Shown here: positions 40,560 to 50,184 of the stretch, piece after piece
Layout: each line of letters starts with the position of its first letter
Position numbering within the stretch: position 1 is the first letter of the stretch
Assembly: GCA_018652265.1 (NCBI GenBank)
Contig: JABICL010000034.1
Coordinates: 31,236 to 95,235, forward strand
Direction of reading: 5' to 3'
From: Candidatus Peribacteria bacterium
GTDB lineage: Bacteria; Patescibacteriota; Gracilibacteria; Peribacterales; Peribacteraceae
DNA: 64,000 nucleotides
Position numbers and translations under genes: made by a program
Notes under the pieces: model-generated
What the model was told of the DNA's origin: nothing
Databases searched by the model: none
Seen by the model: the letters and a program-made list of their open reading frames with translations, nothing else

Positions 40560-41554
40560 AAGCAGTCGTTATTGGAGTAGGTGCAATGGGAAGGAATCAT
40601 GCACGTGTTTATGCAGAAATACAGGATGTTACTTTGGTTGCAGTGTCGGATACGGATCAAGAAAGAGCCGATTCGATTGCCACGCAATACAATGTTTCTG
40701 CTTATAGCGATTACAAGAAGATGATCTCGGAAGAGAAGCCGGATGTTGTAACAATTGCAGTACCTACGCCGTTACATTTGGAAGTTGCAACTTATGTTAT
40801 GGAACAAGGCTGTCATGTTCTTCTAGAAAAGCCAATTGCTCAAAGCATAGAAGATGGACAAAAGTTGATTGAGGCTGCAGAAAAGTCAGGAGTGATAATG
40901 ACGGTTGGGCACATAGAAAGATTTAATCCAGCAGTACAACAGCTAAAAGAACGTCTACAAAAAAACGAATTAGGAGTTTTGCATTACATAGAAGCTCGTA
41001 GACAAGGCCCTTACCCATCACGAATGTCAGACATTGGTGTGATTATTGATCTTGCGGTACATGATCTGGATATTCTTTCATTTGTAACTGGTAAAAAGAT
41101 AGATCGCCTATATGCAGAAACTAAACAATGTGTAAGTGAAGATAGTGATGATATTTTGAGTGGAGTTGCACATTTAGAAGGTGGAATTGTTGGTAGCTTA
41201 AATATTAACTGGGTAACACCTACAAAAATTCGTGAATTATATGTCACAGGTGAGGCAGGAACTTTTCATGTGAATTACATAACTCAAGATCTGACGTTTT
41301 TCGAAAATGAAAAAGGAGATCCTAGTACTTCCTGGGAAGCCATGGGAAATCTGCGTGGTGTGAGCGAGGGGAATATGATTCGTTATAAGGTTAGAAAAGA
41401 AGAGCCACTAAAAGCAGAGGTGAATGCATTCCTAGGTGCAGTTCGAGAAGGCGGTGAACCTCCTGTAAAAGGATCATGTGCACTGGAGGCACTTAGGCTT
41501 GCTGGAATGCTTGTAGAATCTGGTCAAAATTGTAGTGTTATCAAAATTACTTAA
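40544..41554 (+). CDS. Gfo/Idh/MocA oxidoreductase (WbpB-like 3-dehydrogenase)
   Basis: GVGAMGRNH, LEKP, GHIERFNPA, DLAVHD. Confidence 0.88.
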   Translation: MQTKLKAVVIGVGAMGRNHARVYAEIQDVTLVAVSDTDQERADSIATQYNVSAYSDYKKMISEEKPDVVTIAVPTPLHLEVATYVMEQGCHVLLEKPIAQSIEDGQKLIEAAEKSGVIMTVGHIERFNPAVQQLKERLQKNELGVLHYIEARRQGPYPSRMSDIGVIIDLAVHDLDILSFVTGKKIDRLYAETKQCVSEDSDDILSGVAHLEGGIVGSLNINWVTPTKIRELYVTGEAGTFHVNYITQDLTFFENEKGDPSTSWEAMGNLRGVSEGNMIRYKVRKEEPLKAEVNAFLGAVREGGEPPVKGSCALEALRLAGMLVESGQNCSVIKIT

Positions 41555-41563
41555 CTTATAACA

Positions 41564-42061
41564 ATGTCACACATTCACGAAACTGCCATAGTCTCATCTG
41601 ACGCTACTCTTGGAGAGGGGGTTAGCATTTGGCACCATACTGTTGTGCGTGAAAATGTAAAAATAGGAGACAATTGTGTGATAGGAGGTAATGTTTACCT
41701 AGATGAAGGAGTTGTTATTGGAAACAATGTAAAAATACAAAACAATGCATGTATTTATAGAAAAGCTGTTATAGAGGATGGAGTTTTTATAGGTCCTGGT
41801 GCGATGATCATAAATGACAAAGTGCCACGAGCTGTAACTCCAGATGGAAAGCTAAAAGATGCTAGCGAATGGGAATGTGGAACCGTTACTGTAAAGCGCG
41901 GTGCTGCGATTGGTGCAGGAAGTATTATCTTGCCGGATATTACTATTGGTGAACGCGCAATGGTTGGAGCTGGAGCAGTAGTAACAAAAGATGTTGCAGA
42001 TAAAATGCTAGTAGTCGGAAATCCAGCTAAAGAACATGGGAATGCTCCGGATGCTTCTTAG
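41564..42061 (+). CDS. Left-handed beta-helix N-acetyltransferase (WbpD-like)
   Basis: Hexapeptide repeats, IWH, VKIQNN, NDKVPRA, GNPA. Confidence 0.88.
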   Translation: MSHIHETAIVSSDATLGEGVSIWHHTVVRENVKIGDNCVIGGNVYLDEGVVIGNNVKIQNNACIYRKAVIEDGVFIGPGAMIINDKVPRAVTPDGKLKDASEWECGTVTVKRGAAIGAGSIILPDITIGERAMVGAGAVVTKDVADKMLVVGNPAKEHGNAPDAS

Positions 42062-42209
42062 ATCTCCGCTCGCATGCTGAATGTTACATATTGAGCCGAA
42101 ATTTCGCAGGGCTATATTTCTAAATCTTTACATTGTATTTGCAAATCTAAAGTGATCTCTGCTGACAAATTTCTTACTCAATATGCAACCTGCATGCTTG
42201 CTACTAATA

Positions 42210-42386
42210 TGTCATGCTGCCTGCCCGCCGAAGTCCGCCGCGGCGGACGTAGGCGGGAGCCAAATAGCTTTCCTCGAGTGAGTTGTGCTGCCTCTCGACT
42301 TTCGCCTGCGGCGAAAGCTTCCTCCTTCGCTAAAGCTACGGACGACAGGCGAGGAAAGCACAACGAATCGAGAGGTGTCGAAGCAT
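42210..42386 (+). repeat. Multiply nested compound palindromic element
   Basis: Family B ends split by a CCTG-hairpin (42220-42257); contains a family A element that is itself interrupted by a second CCTG-hairpin (42320-42349). Confidence 0.9.
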
Positions 42387-42394
42387 TATTTGCA

Positions 42395-43135
42395 TTAACC
42401 ATGCTCTTTCTTGAATTTATTATCCAATTCAGCACGTTTTTCTAATGCCCTATTCAAATTATCTATAGCTTTTGTACATTTTTCAGGAGAAATATTAGCA
42501 ATTGCAGAAATTTTATCTGCTTGAGTTTCGCCATTTGCAAACCACCATATTGGATGAGAGAGAAATTGGAAGCTTTTACCTTCTTCTATCAAATCAAGTG
42601 GCGTTTTTTCTCGCCACTGCATTGAGCTATCCGACACATATGCAAATTGTGATCGAATTTTTTCGCTATATGCTTCGTTTGTAATTAAATTTTCAATGTT
42701 TAGATGAAGACTATTAGTTGGATCATGTTGAGCGGCAGATGAAACTTGCTCTCCGATTAGATCAGACAACATCTGCATGTCTTTTGTAAAATCTTTTTCA
42801 TATTCCTCTGGATTATATTTGCTAGTGTCGTAATGCAATCCTATTTCGTGTCCTAAATTTTGCATGTGTTGAATTTGCTCTTTTCCAATATCAGAAAAAG
42901 GATCATAAAATTCATTTTCTGGAATTACGAAGTAAGTAGAAGAGATTCCAAGCTCGTTTTCTAGTTCTGCCATTTGAACTGCATATTCCAAGGAAAAATC
43001 GATGTCGTGACGTAGGAGTAATACAGGATCAGATTTGCTTGTAATAGCATCCTGCATAGGCAGAATGGTAAATTTGGTGGAAAGCGCTTTTTCAATCAAG
43101 GCGCGATATGACGTAGGATTAAATGAGATATTCAC
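42395..43135 (-). CDS. Polysaccharide deacetylase-like protein
   Basis: LLRHDIDF, HEIGLHYD, LSHPIWW. Confidence 0.65.
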   Translation of the reverse strand: MNISFNPTSYRALIEKALSTKFTILPMQDAITSKSDPVLLLRHDIDFSLEYAVQMAELENELGISSTYFVIPENEFYDPFSDIGKEQIQHMQNLGHEIGLHYDTSKYNPEEYEKDFTKDMQMLSDLIGEQVSSAAQHDPTNSLHLNIENLITNEAYSEKIRSQFAYVSDSSMQWREKTPLDLIEEGKSFQFLSHPIWWFANGETQADKISAIANISPEKCTKAIDNLNRALEKRAELDNKFKKEHG

Positions 43136-43180
43136 AAGGGCACTATAGATTATTCCCTCATGACTTAGTAGGCTGTAACC

Positions 43181-43993
43181 GTGATTATTGAACGAGGAAA
43201 AATTAAATGCAGCGCGCTTACGTTTGTAAAAAATGGAGGAGATCAGTTTAAGAATTGTCTCGACTCTGCTCTATTTTGTTCTGAGCACATTGTTCTGGAT
43301 AGTAATTCCACAGATCAAACACGCGCACTTGCAGAAAATTATGAATGCAAAGTTATTTCTCAATCAAAAGAATGTTTGAGTGAGAATGGATGCATAAAAG
43401 ATTATTCGTGTATTACAAATCAAGGCATAGAAGCCACAGAGCATGATTGGGTAATGATAGTTTCTGCAGATGAAGACTTAAGTGACGAATTACAAAAGGG
43501 AATGACTGATGTGATAGAGAAGGATGAGCCAGGTGCATATCTATTTGAAAGAAAATATGTTTTGAACGATAAAGTTGTAGAACATGCATCAAGTTATCCA
43601 AATCTTCAAATTCGCTTATTTCATCGTTCATGTATAAATGGATTTATAAAACCTATTCATGAGAGACCAGAACTAAAAGAAGGCGTCTCTACAAAAATAT
43701 TGCCAGGCATACAGTACATACCGATGGACCCTACATGCGATCTTGCTCGCAAGCACAACAGATATATTGCCCTCGAGGTTTATCATCGAACAGGATTAAC
43801 GTGGCGCACATGGTTCCGTGTAACTTTTGAAAAGCTATTTCGTGTTTGTGGTCGTATTGCACGTATTATTATATTTCGATTGCGTTATCCATGGCATACA
43901 TGTCTGCCGCTTCGTTATGAATGGCTGAATATACGATATTCACTACTTCTTATTTTGAGACTTTTTCCTCTATATCCGCGTCCACGGGTTTAA
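43181..43993 (+). CDS. Glycosyltransferase family 2 (WaaE/KdtX-like)
   Basis: DSNSTDQT, ADE, RLF, IHE. Confidence 0.82.
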   Translation: MIIERGKIKCSALTFVKNGGDQFKNCLDSALFCSEHIVLDSNSTDQTRALAENYECKVISQSKECLSENGCIKDYSCITNQGIEATEHDWVMIVSADEDLSDELQKGMTDVIEKDEPGAYLFERKYVLNDKVVEHASSYPNLQIRLFHRSCINGFIKPIHERPELKEGVSTKILPGIQYIPMDPTCDLARKHNRYIALEVYHRTGLTWRTWFRVTFEKLFRVCGRIARIIIFRLRYPWHTCLPLRYEWLNIRYSLLLILRLFPLYPRPRV

Positions 43994-44013
43994 AAATCAG
44001 ATACTCTATATGT

Positions 44014-45147
44014 ATGCGTATTGCGTATTGCACCAATGTACGGCTTCCTTCAGAAAGAGCTCATGGCTATCAGGTATCTGCTGTATGTGATGCTTTTATA
44101 AAGCTTGGACACAGCGTAGAGATATTTTCTCCATTCAGAATAAACACAGTTCAGGAAAATTTTTCTGATTATTACGGTGTGAGTGATCAAATAAAAATAA
44201 ATTATGTTGGAAGTTGTGATTATATTAAAAATAAATTTTTTCCAAGTGTTATGGGGTTATGGATGATGAATAAATCCATGAGAAGTTTATTACCAGAATC
44301 ATTGAAGTCATTTGATGTGCTTTATACACGTACAGAGGCATTACTTCCTGCTCTACTTTCTTTAAGTATTCCTACTATTATGGAAATACACAGACTTCCA
44401 AGAAGGGATAAGTATGGTTTTGCAGATAGATGTAATAAATGTGTGAAAGTCGTGTGCCTAACTTCTCCAATGAAGAATGAGCTTGTTTCTTGGGGAGTTT
44501 CTGAAGACAAGGTAGTAGTAGAAGGGGATGCGGTAGATATAGATAAATTTGAATCTTTGCCAGATAGGACAACTGCCAGAGGTAAATTTGATTTAAAAGA
44601 GGGTGAGTTTACGGTTTCTTATGCTGGGTCTATAAAAACTATGAAGCTAGATAAGGGTGTTTCTCAAATAGTAGAGGCTGTGAAACAAATTGCGTCTGGT
44701 GGAGTAAATATGAAAGCCTTGATTGCAGGAGGTCCGGAAAAGGAAGTTGAGAATTTGAAGCAATCATCTGGTGAGAATATAAATGTATTAGGTCAGCTTG
44801 CTCGTAATGAAGTAAAAGAAGTTTATAGCGCCTCTGATTTACTTGTTTATCCTGCTCCGAAGACTAGTCATTCATATTTTATGCGCGACACTTCTCCTAT
44901 GAAGATATTTGAATACATGTCTACTGGAAAACCTATGATATGCGCAGATACTCCCCCTATTCGTGATGTTTTAGATGAATCTGTAACCCTATTTTATGAG
45001 CCTGGAAATGTAGATGATTTGTCCACAAAAATAGTATTTGCAATGGAGAATGCCGAAGAAATGCATGCAATGGCATGGAGAGCCAAAGAAAGAGTAAAAG
45101 AATATACTTGGGATAAGAGAATGGAGCGTATAATCTCTTGTGTATGA
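44014..45147 (+). CDS. Glycosyltransferase family 4
   Basis: PSERAHG, YAGS, TSPMKIFEYM; start MRIAY. Confidence 0.88.
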   Translation: MRIAYCTNVRLPSERAHGYQVSAVCDAFIKLGHSVEIFSPFRINTVQENFSDYYGVSDQIKINYVGSCDYIKNKFFPSVMGLWMMNKSMRSLLPESLKSFDVLYTRTEALLPALLSLSIPTIMEIHRLPRRDKYGFADRCNKCVKVVCLTSPMKNELVSWGVSEDKVVVEGDAVDIDKFESLPDRTTARGKFDLKEGEFTVSYAGSIKTMKLDKGVSQIVEAVKQIASGGVNMKALIAGGPEKEVENLKQSSGENINVLGQLARNEVKEVYSASDLLVYPAPKTSHSYFMRDTSPMKIFEYMSTGKPMICADTPPIRDVLDESVTLFYEPGNVDDLSTKIVFAMENAEEMHAMAWRAKERVKEYTWDKRMERIISCV

Positions 45148-46268
45148 GGATTTGTTCCATAGTTTCTGCTCGGCCAAATTTTGTGAAGCTCGCAGGCGTG
45201 GTGCATGCATTCAAGTGTCATGCTGAGGAGGAGCGAAGCGACGTCTCGAAGCATAAACACTTCATAATCCACACAGGCCAACACTCAGATCCTTTGTTTT
45301 CTGACATCTTCTTCAAGGAACTTGATATTCCAGATCCAGATTATAATTTGGGCGTAAAGAGTGCAGGAAATAATGAAGAAACTATCAAAGCAACTTCCGA
45401 AGCTTGCGTCGATGCTCTGAAAGATGCAAATCCTGATGTTGTTTTGGTTTACGGAGATGTATCTGGAGCACTTGGTGGCGCACTTGCTGCAAAAGAAATT
45501 GGAATTCCAGTTGCTCACGTCGAAGCAGGGCTTCGGTCAGGTGATATGGATATGCCAGAAGAAAGAAATAGAATAGAAATAGATAAAATTGCTAAATATT
45601 TATTTGTTACTGAAGAATCAGGACGAAAGAATTTAGAAAAAGAGGGGATAGAGGGAGAGGTTCATTTTGTGGGCAATACGATGATAGATACTTTGATTCG
45701 GATGCAGAAAAATGTGTTTGATTTCAAAAGACCATTTGATTATCCAGATAAATTTGGATTGGTAACTTTGCATCGTCCAAGTAATGTTGATTCAAAAGAT
45801 AATCTGAAGAAAAACATAGATTTTCTAAACGAAGTTGCAGAAAAAAAAGAATTGATATTCCCAATCCACTTAAGAACCAAGTCTGCACTAGAAAATTATA
45901 ATCTATATTCAAAATTATCTGACAAAATAATAAAAAAAGACCCGCTAGGGTACATAGATTTTCTAAAATTAATACATTTATCAGATTTTGTACTTACAGA
46001 TTCGGGAGGCATTCAAGAAGAAACCACTTTTTTGGGAGTTGAATGTTTTACTCTTAGGAAAAACACTGAGCGCCCAGCTACAGAGAGTAAAAATGGTGGG
46101 ACAAATCATTTGATAGATATAGATAAAAAGGAGGGCAAGGATTTAGTACTAGAATTTGCTGAGGAAAATATAAATTACAACGAAAGATCTATGAGACTAA
46201 TGGATGGGAAAGGCCCTGAAAACTGGGACGGAAAAGCGGGAGAAAAAATCATAAAAATTCTAACTTAA
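45144..46268 (+). CDS. wecB: UDP-N-acetylglucosamine 2-epimerase (non-hydrolysing; WbpI-like)
   Basis: ARPNFVK, HTGQH, HVEAGLRS, MPEERNR, TDSGGIQEE, TERP. Confidence 0.9.
   Translation: MRICSIVSARPNFVKLAGVVHAFKCHAEEERSDVSKHKHFIIHTGQHSDPLFSDIFFKELDIPDPDYNLGVKSAGNNEETIKATSEACVDALKDANPDVVLVYGDVSGALGGALAAKEIGIPVAHVEAGLRSGDMDMPEERNRIEIDKIAKYLFVTEESGRKNLEKEGIEGEVHFVGNTMIDTLIRMQKNVFDFKRPFDYPDKFGLVTLHRPSNVDSKDNLKKNIDFLNEVAEKKELIFPIHLRTKSALENYNLYSKLSDKIIKKDPLGYIDFLKLIHLSDFVLTDSGGIQEETTFLGVECFTLRKNTERPATESKNGGTNHLIDIDKKEGKDLVLEFAEENINYNERSMRLMDGKGPENWDGKAGEKIIKILT
45215..45254 (+). repeat. In-frame family B element
   Basis: GTGTCATGCTGAGGAGGAGCGAAGCGACGTCTCGAAGCAT encodes CHAEEERSDVSKH; 2 mismatches to the intergenic copy 574-535. 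Confidence 0.92.
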
Positions 46269-47008
46269 GCACGCTCTGTTAAAACGAAAAACTCATGGCC
46301 TTTATTTATATATTTTTTGAAGAATCTAAATTGGATTGCATACACAGGTGGCCAAATAAAACTAGATAATTTAATCATTATATTCAAAAACGGAATGTCC
46401 CATGCATTCACAGTGGCACTCACCTTCGTTTTTTCCTCTTTGTTGTACGAGTGTTGTTTGACTGGTCTTTTTATGAAAGTGTATATACGCCTCATGAGCC
46501 AAAATACAGGATAGGTGAAATCCCAAAATGCTATAGGTTTCATGTTTGCCTTGTTTATTTTTAGTGTTATATCTTCAGTTGTATATCTTCTATAATGTCC
46601 ATAAAACTCATCGTCCCATCTCCATTCCTTGGGATTACTTGGGGTAGCTATTAGAAGTTTGCCATTTTTGGTAAGTAAAGATGAAATTTTTTCCAGTGCC
46701 TCTGTATCATTTTCAATATGCTCAATGACATCCCATAAGATTATTGTATTAAAAGACCCTTCGATCTCAAGAAGAGAAACATTCTCAACTTGAACATTTG
46801 CAAATGAAGACAGATTTTCTTTTGCTTCTTTACAGGCCACATTTGAATAATCAACAGCTTTGCCATTCCATCCCTTTTTAGCAAGATATTTACTTACATC
46901 GCCTATTCCACATCCTATATCAAGAAATGGTGGCTCAAGATTGTATTGTTTTATGCAGTGATCAAGACAATAAAACATGTAATCCTTTAGTGGTTTGAAA
47001 TTTGCCAT
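46265..47008 (-). CDS. Class I SAM-dependent methyltransferase
   Basis: LDIGCGIG, DVIEHI, GHYRRY. Confidence 0.85.
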   Translation of the reverse strand: MANFKPLKDYMFYCLDHCIKQYNLEPPFLDIGCGIGDVSKYLAKKGWNGKAVDYSNVACKEAKENLSSFANVQVENVSLLEIEGSFNTIILWDVIEHIENDTEALEKISSLLTKNGKLLIATPSNPKEWRWDDEFYGHYRRYTTEDITLKINKANMKPIAFWDFTYPVFWLMRRIYTFIKRPVKQHSYNKEEKTKVSATVNAWDIPFLNIMIKLSSFIWPPVYAIQFRFFKKYINKGHEFFVLTERA

Positions 47009-47746
47009 TTATGAAAAGATGTGAAAGTGCCACATTTTCATTTTGTGTAATCTATACCTCAGCGAGGTAAAAATAACACCAAATCCATATTTTATGCAGC
47101 GAATAAAATTAATTGAGGATGCTTCAGGAAAATATTTTGTTGGACATGAAACCTCACCTATGAAAAATTTTTTCATAAATATTTGTGATAGCATCTGGTT
47201 ATCAAATATAAAGTCGTTAGAGTTTTTTTGAAAATTTACGCTTTTCAAAACATCTCGAGAGAATGCCCTATAGCCTGTGTGGTACTCAGATAATTTTTCC
47301 CACAGCAATAAGTTTTGTATGCCAGTCAAAAATCTATTTGCAAAATACTTCCATATTGGCATGCCGCCACGCAGGGCATGCCCTCCAAGAATCCTCGATG
47401 CTATTACTGCATCGTAAGGTCCATCTACTATCATTGCGCATATTGCTATTACTAAATGTGGATCATATTGATAATCCGGATGTACCATGACAACTATATC
47501 CGCACCATGTTCCAATGCTGTTTTATAACATGTTTTTTGATTAGCTCCGTATCCTAGATTGTCGGTATGAATAACGGTTTTTATCCCAAGTCTATTTGCT
47601 ACATTGACAGTATTATCTTTGCTGCAGTCATCTACAAGTATTATCTCATCCACTACGTCATGTGGTATGTCTCTGTATGTTGCTTCCAGTGTTGCCTCAG
47701 CGTTGTATGCTGGCATGACGACAATAATCCTATTGTTGTGTAGCAT
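47009..47746 (-). CDS. GT2, polyprenol-phosphate sugar synthase-like
   Basis: MPAYNAE, GYGANQKTCY, HPDYQYDP, EYHTGYRA. Confidence 0.9.
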   Translation of the reverse strand: MLHNNRIIVVMPAYNAEATLEATYRDIPHDVVDEIILVDDCSKDNTVNVANRLGIKTVIHTDNLGYGANQKTCYKTALEHGADIVVMVHPDYQYDPHLVIAICAMIVDGPYDAVIASRILGGHALRGGMPIWKYFANRFLTGIQNLLLWEKLSEYHTGYRAFSRDVLKSVNFQKNSNDFIFDNQMLSQIFMKKFFIGEVSCPTKYFPEASSINFIRCIKYGFGVIFTSLRYRLHKMKMWHFHIFS

Positions 47747-47782
47747 ATGTGTATTCTATAGGTATTTTTAGTAACCATCATA

Positions 47783-50149
47783 ATGATTTCGCGAATATTT
47801 AATGGCACTCCACTCTTTGTAAGATTTTTGCTCGGGTATTTATTGATATTGCTACCTTTATATTGTCGCCTGCTACTAGGTAGTAGAATGTATATAGATG
47901 GAGATACTGTTGGATTCAGTTATGTAGCAATTAAAGCACTAAATCCATTTTCGATATCTTCTTTACTTTCTGACCCTTTCTCTGGGCGTGGGTTTCCATG
48001 GATTTTCAGTTACGGGACTATGGATCCAATAGTTCATTTCATGCGTTTAATATTTAATGAATTCCAAACTCTTGCATGGATATGCTATATATATTTTTCA
48101 TTAGGAGGATTATTATTTGCTATTTTTTTGAAAAATAGAGGCAATTCAACTTTGTCATCTTTTGTTGGTGGTCTTGTATTTTCATTATCATTTTTTTGGG
48201 TGGGTGATGGAGATTATTCATTCCCATTTTTACTTCCATTGTTCGCTTCGATTTTAATTTTGATTCAGGGTTGTTTTAGACACTTATTTAGGAATGGAAT
48301 TCTAATTACTTTAATGGTTGCTTATGGCTGGCTGGCTGGCCATTTTAATTTCGTTCCGTTAATCCTCGTAGGATGTGGGATTTTTGCAGTTTTGCAAACA
48401 TTTGAAAATAAAAAACCAAACAAAAGACGTGTAATGATTATTGCTTACATATTTGCCTGTTTCTTGTTAGGTACTTTTTTGGGAATGGCAAGATTATTAC
48501 CTGCCCTTGCAAATTTACAATTTTCCGAAAGGGCAGGAGGCCTGTCTGCAGAAGTGGCATCAACTGTGACGTTGAATATATCTTCGTTGATAACTGCATT
48601 CTTCCCATACATGGTCCTTCCTTTTTTAAATGGAAGTGATGGTACGCTTTTTTTTGGAGTCACAGCTTTATCCCTTTTAATTATAGGTTTGCTTTATAGA
48701 AGTAAGCATAAATTTGCTTTTGCTGCGTTTGTAACATGTGTACTTATTGCTATTCCAAACTCTCCGCTATATTGGCTTATACAAAACACCCCTTTATTTT
48801 CATATCTTCGTGTACCCATAAGGTGGATGTTTCTTGCTAATGCTGCCGTAGCAGTAATTGTAGCGAATATTTTTGACGAAGTTGTAAATAACAAATTGGT
48901 AGGAATAAGAAAAAGAGTGGGATCTATCTTTTTTTGTATTGGAGTTGCATTTTTTGTCATTAGCGTAGTATTTACTATAGTCGATTTGCTATTTTCTGAA
49001 ACAATACTTTCTAATTTAAAATTGTATTTCGATTCCAATTTATATGGAAAAACATCTGGTCTTCCATTGGAGCACTATCATCAATATATAGATGGTTTAT
49101 GGAGGCGTGTGATAAGTATTTTTTCTGTGTCGTCCCCAAAATTTTTATTATCCTTGATAGGGTTATTGTTAACGGGGTTGTATATGTGGAAATATTCTAT
49201 CAATAAAGTTTTGCTTACCCTTTTAATTGTCTTTACATCTGTTTCTCCATTCTTTTTCTATCACAAAACTGTGAGCATAAATGTTTTAGAAAGTGTCAAA
49301 GATATTTATGAAAATGAGATAGAAGACGAGTATGTAATGAGCATACTTCCGGGTTTGGCAGATTTTACAAAAAGATTTGTTGTTTTTGGGGAAAATGATA
49401 ATGAGAGAATGTCCTATCAGCTTGCACTTCTTTCGCCAAATAGGCATGCCCTACTTAATGTGAAAAACATAGATTTTTATCAGCCTGTGCAGCCAACAAG
49501 AATGGCAAGGCTACTTGCCTCTATAGGGAGCGGAAATGCACCTGTGCCAAAAGGTGAAAATTTAGAAGAGCCGATATTCTCTCCAGATGAGAGAATTGAA
49601 ATTTTGAAAGACAGATATCATTTATTTGCCGCATTAAACGTTTCGAAAGTTGTGAGTGCATGGAATTTACCAAAACCCTTTGTATGGAATTCAGATATAA
49701 GACCAGTAGATAGATTGCCGGAAATACATATATACAATGTTCCGGATGTAAGGCCAATAATTTATTCTGCGGAAAAATTTGAAACAATGTCTCCGGATGA
49801 AGATAAAGCAATCGAGTTTATGAAATCCATTGAAGATCCTGAATTATCTCTGATTGAATGCGAAAAATGTCCTGATATTCAGGGTGGAGAAGTGGATATA
49901 GATGTTATTACAGATGAAGATTTGTTAGTTGAGTTCGATGTAGATGTAGAGTCTTCTTCTTGGATAGTTGTTTCCAGGCCTAGAATTCCTGGTTGGAGGG
50001 TAGAAATGGATGGAGAGGGGATAGATACTGCAATTGCTAATGGAATGTTCTTTGGGATACCAGTGAAGAAAGGGGATCATAAAGTAAAAATGTATATGAA
50101 TTACAAAACATTATTTGTAGATAGTTTAAAAATTCTTATGGGTAACTAG
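47783..50149 (+). CDS. YfhO-like GT-C membrane protein
   Basis: Many TM helices, RVPIRW, C-terminal PGWRVEMDG...ANGMFFGIPVKKGDH. Confidence 0.7.
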   Translation: MISRIFNGTPLFVRFLLGYLLILLPLYCRLLLGSRMYIDGDTVGFSYVAIKALNPFSISSLLSDPFSGRGFPWIFSYGTMDPIVHFMRLIFNEFQTLAWICYIYFSLGGLLFAIFLKNRGNSTLSSFVGGLVFSLSFFWVGDGDYSFPFLLPLFASILILIQGCFRHLFRNGILITLMVAYGWLAGHFNFVPLILVGCGIFAVLQTFENKKPNKRRVMIIAYIFACFLLGTFLGMARLLPALANLQFSERAGGLSAEVASTVTLNISSLITAFFPYMVLPFLNGSDGTLFFGVTALSLLIIGLLYRSKHKFAFAAFVTCVLIAIPNSPLYWLIQNTPLFSYLRVPIRWMFLANAAVAVIVANIFDEVVNNKLVGIRKRVGSIFFCIGVAFFVISVVFTIVDLLFSETILSNLKLYFDSNLYGKTSGLPLEHYHQYIDGLWRRVISIFSVSSPKFLLSLIGLLLTGLYMWKYSINKVLLTLLIVFTSVSPFFFYHKTVSINVLESVKDIYENEIEDEYVMSILPGLADFTKRFVVFGENDNERMSYQLALLSPNRHALLNVKNIDFYQPVQPTRMARLLASIGSGNAPVPKGENLEEPIFSPDERIEILKDRYHLFAALNVSKVVSAWNLPKPFVWNSDIRPVDRLPEIHIYNVPDVRPIIYSAEKFETMSPDEDKAIEFMKSIEDPELSLIECEKCPDIQGGEVDIDVITDEDLLVEFDVDVESSSWIVVSRPRIPGWRVEMDGEGIDTAIANGMFFGIPVKKGDHKVKMYMNYKTLFVDSLKILMGN

Positions 50150-50184
50150 ATTTTGTATAGCAGTGAATCGCTCGCTTGCTATCA

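Noticed and set aside
42152-42445. Overlapping ORFs 42152-42445 (+) and 42178-42435 (-); likewise 292-531, 6235-6474, 8735-8929, 60521-60709
   Set aside because: Open only because the GC-rich palindromic elements lack stop codons; no protein-family signal.
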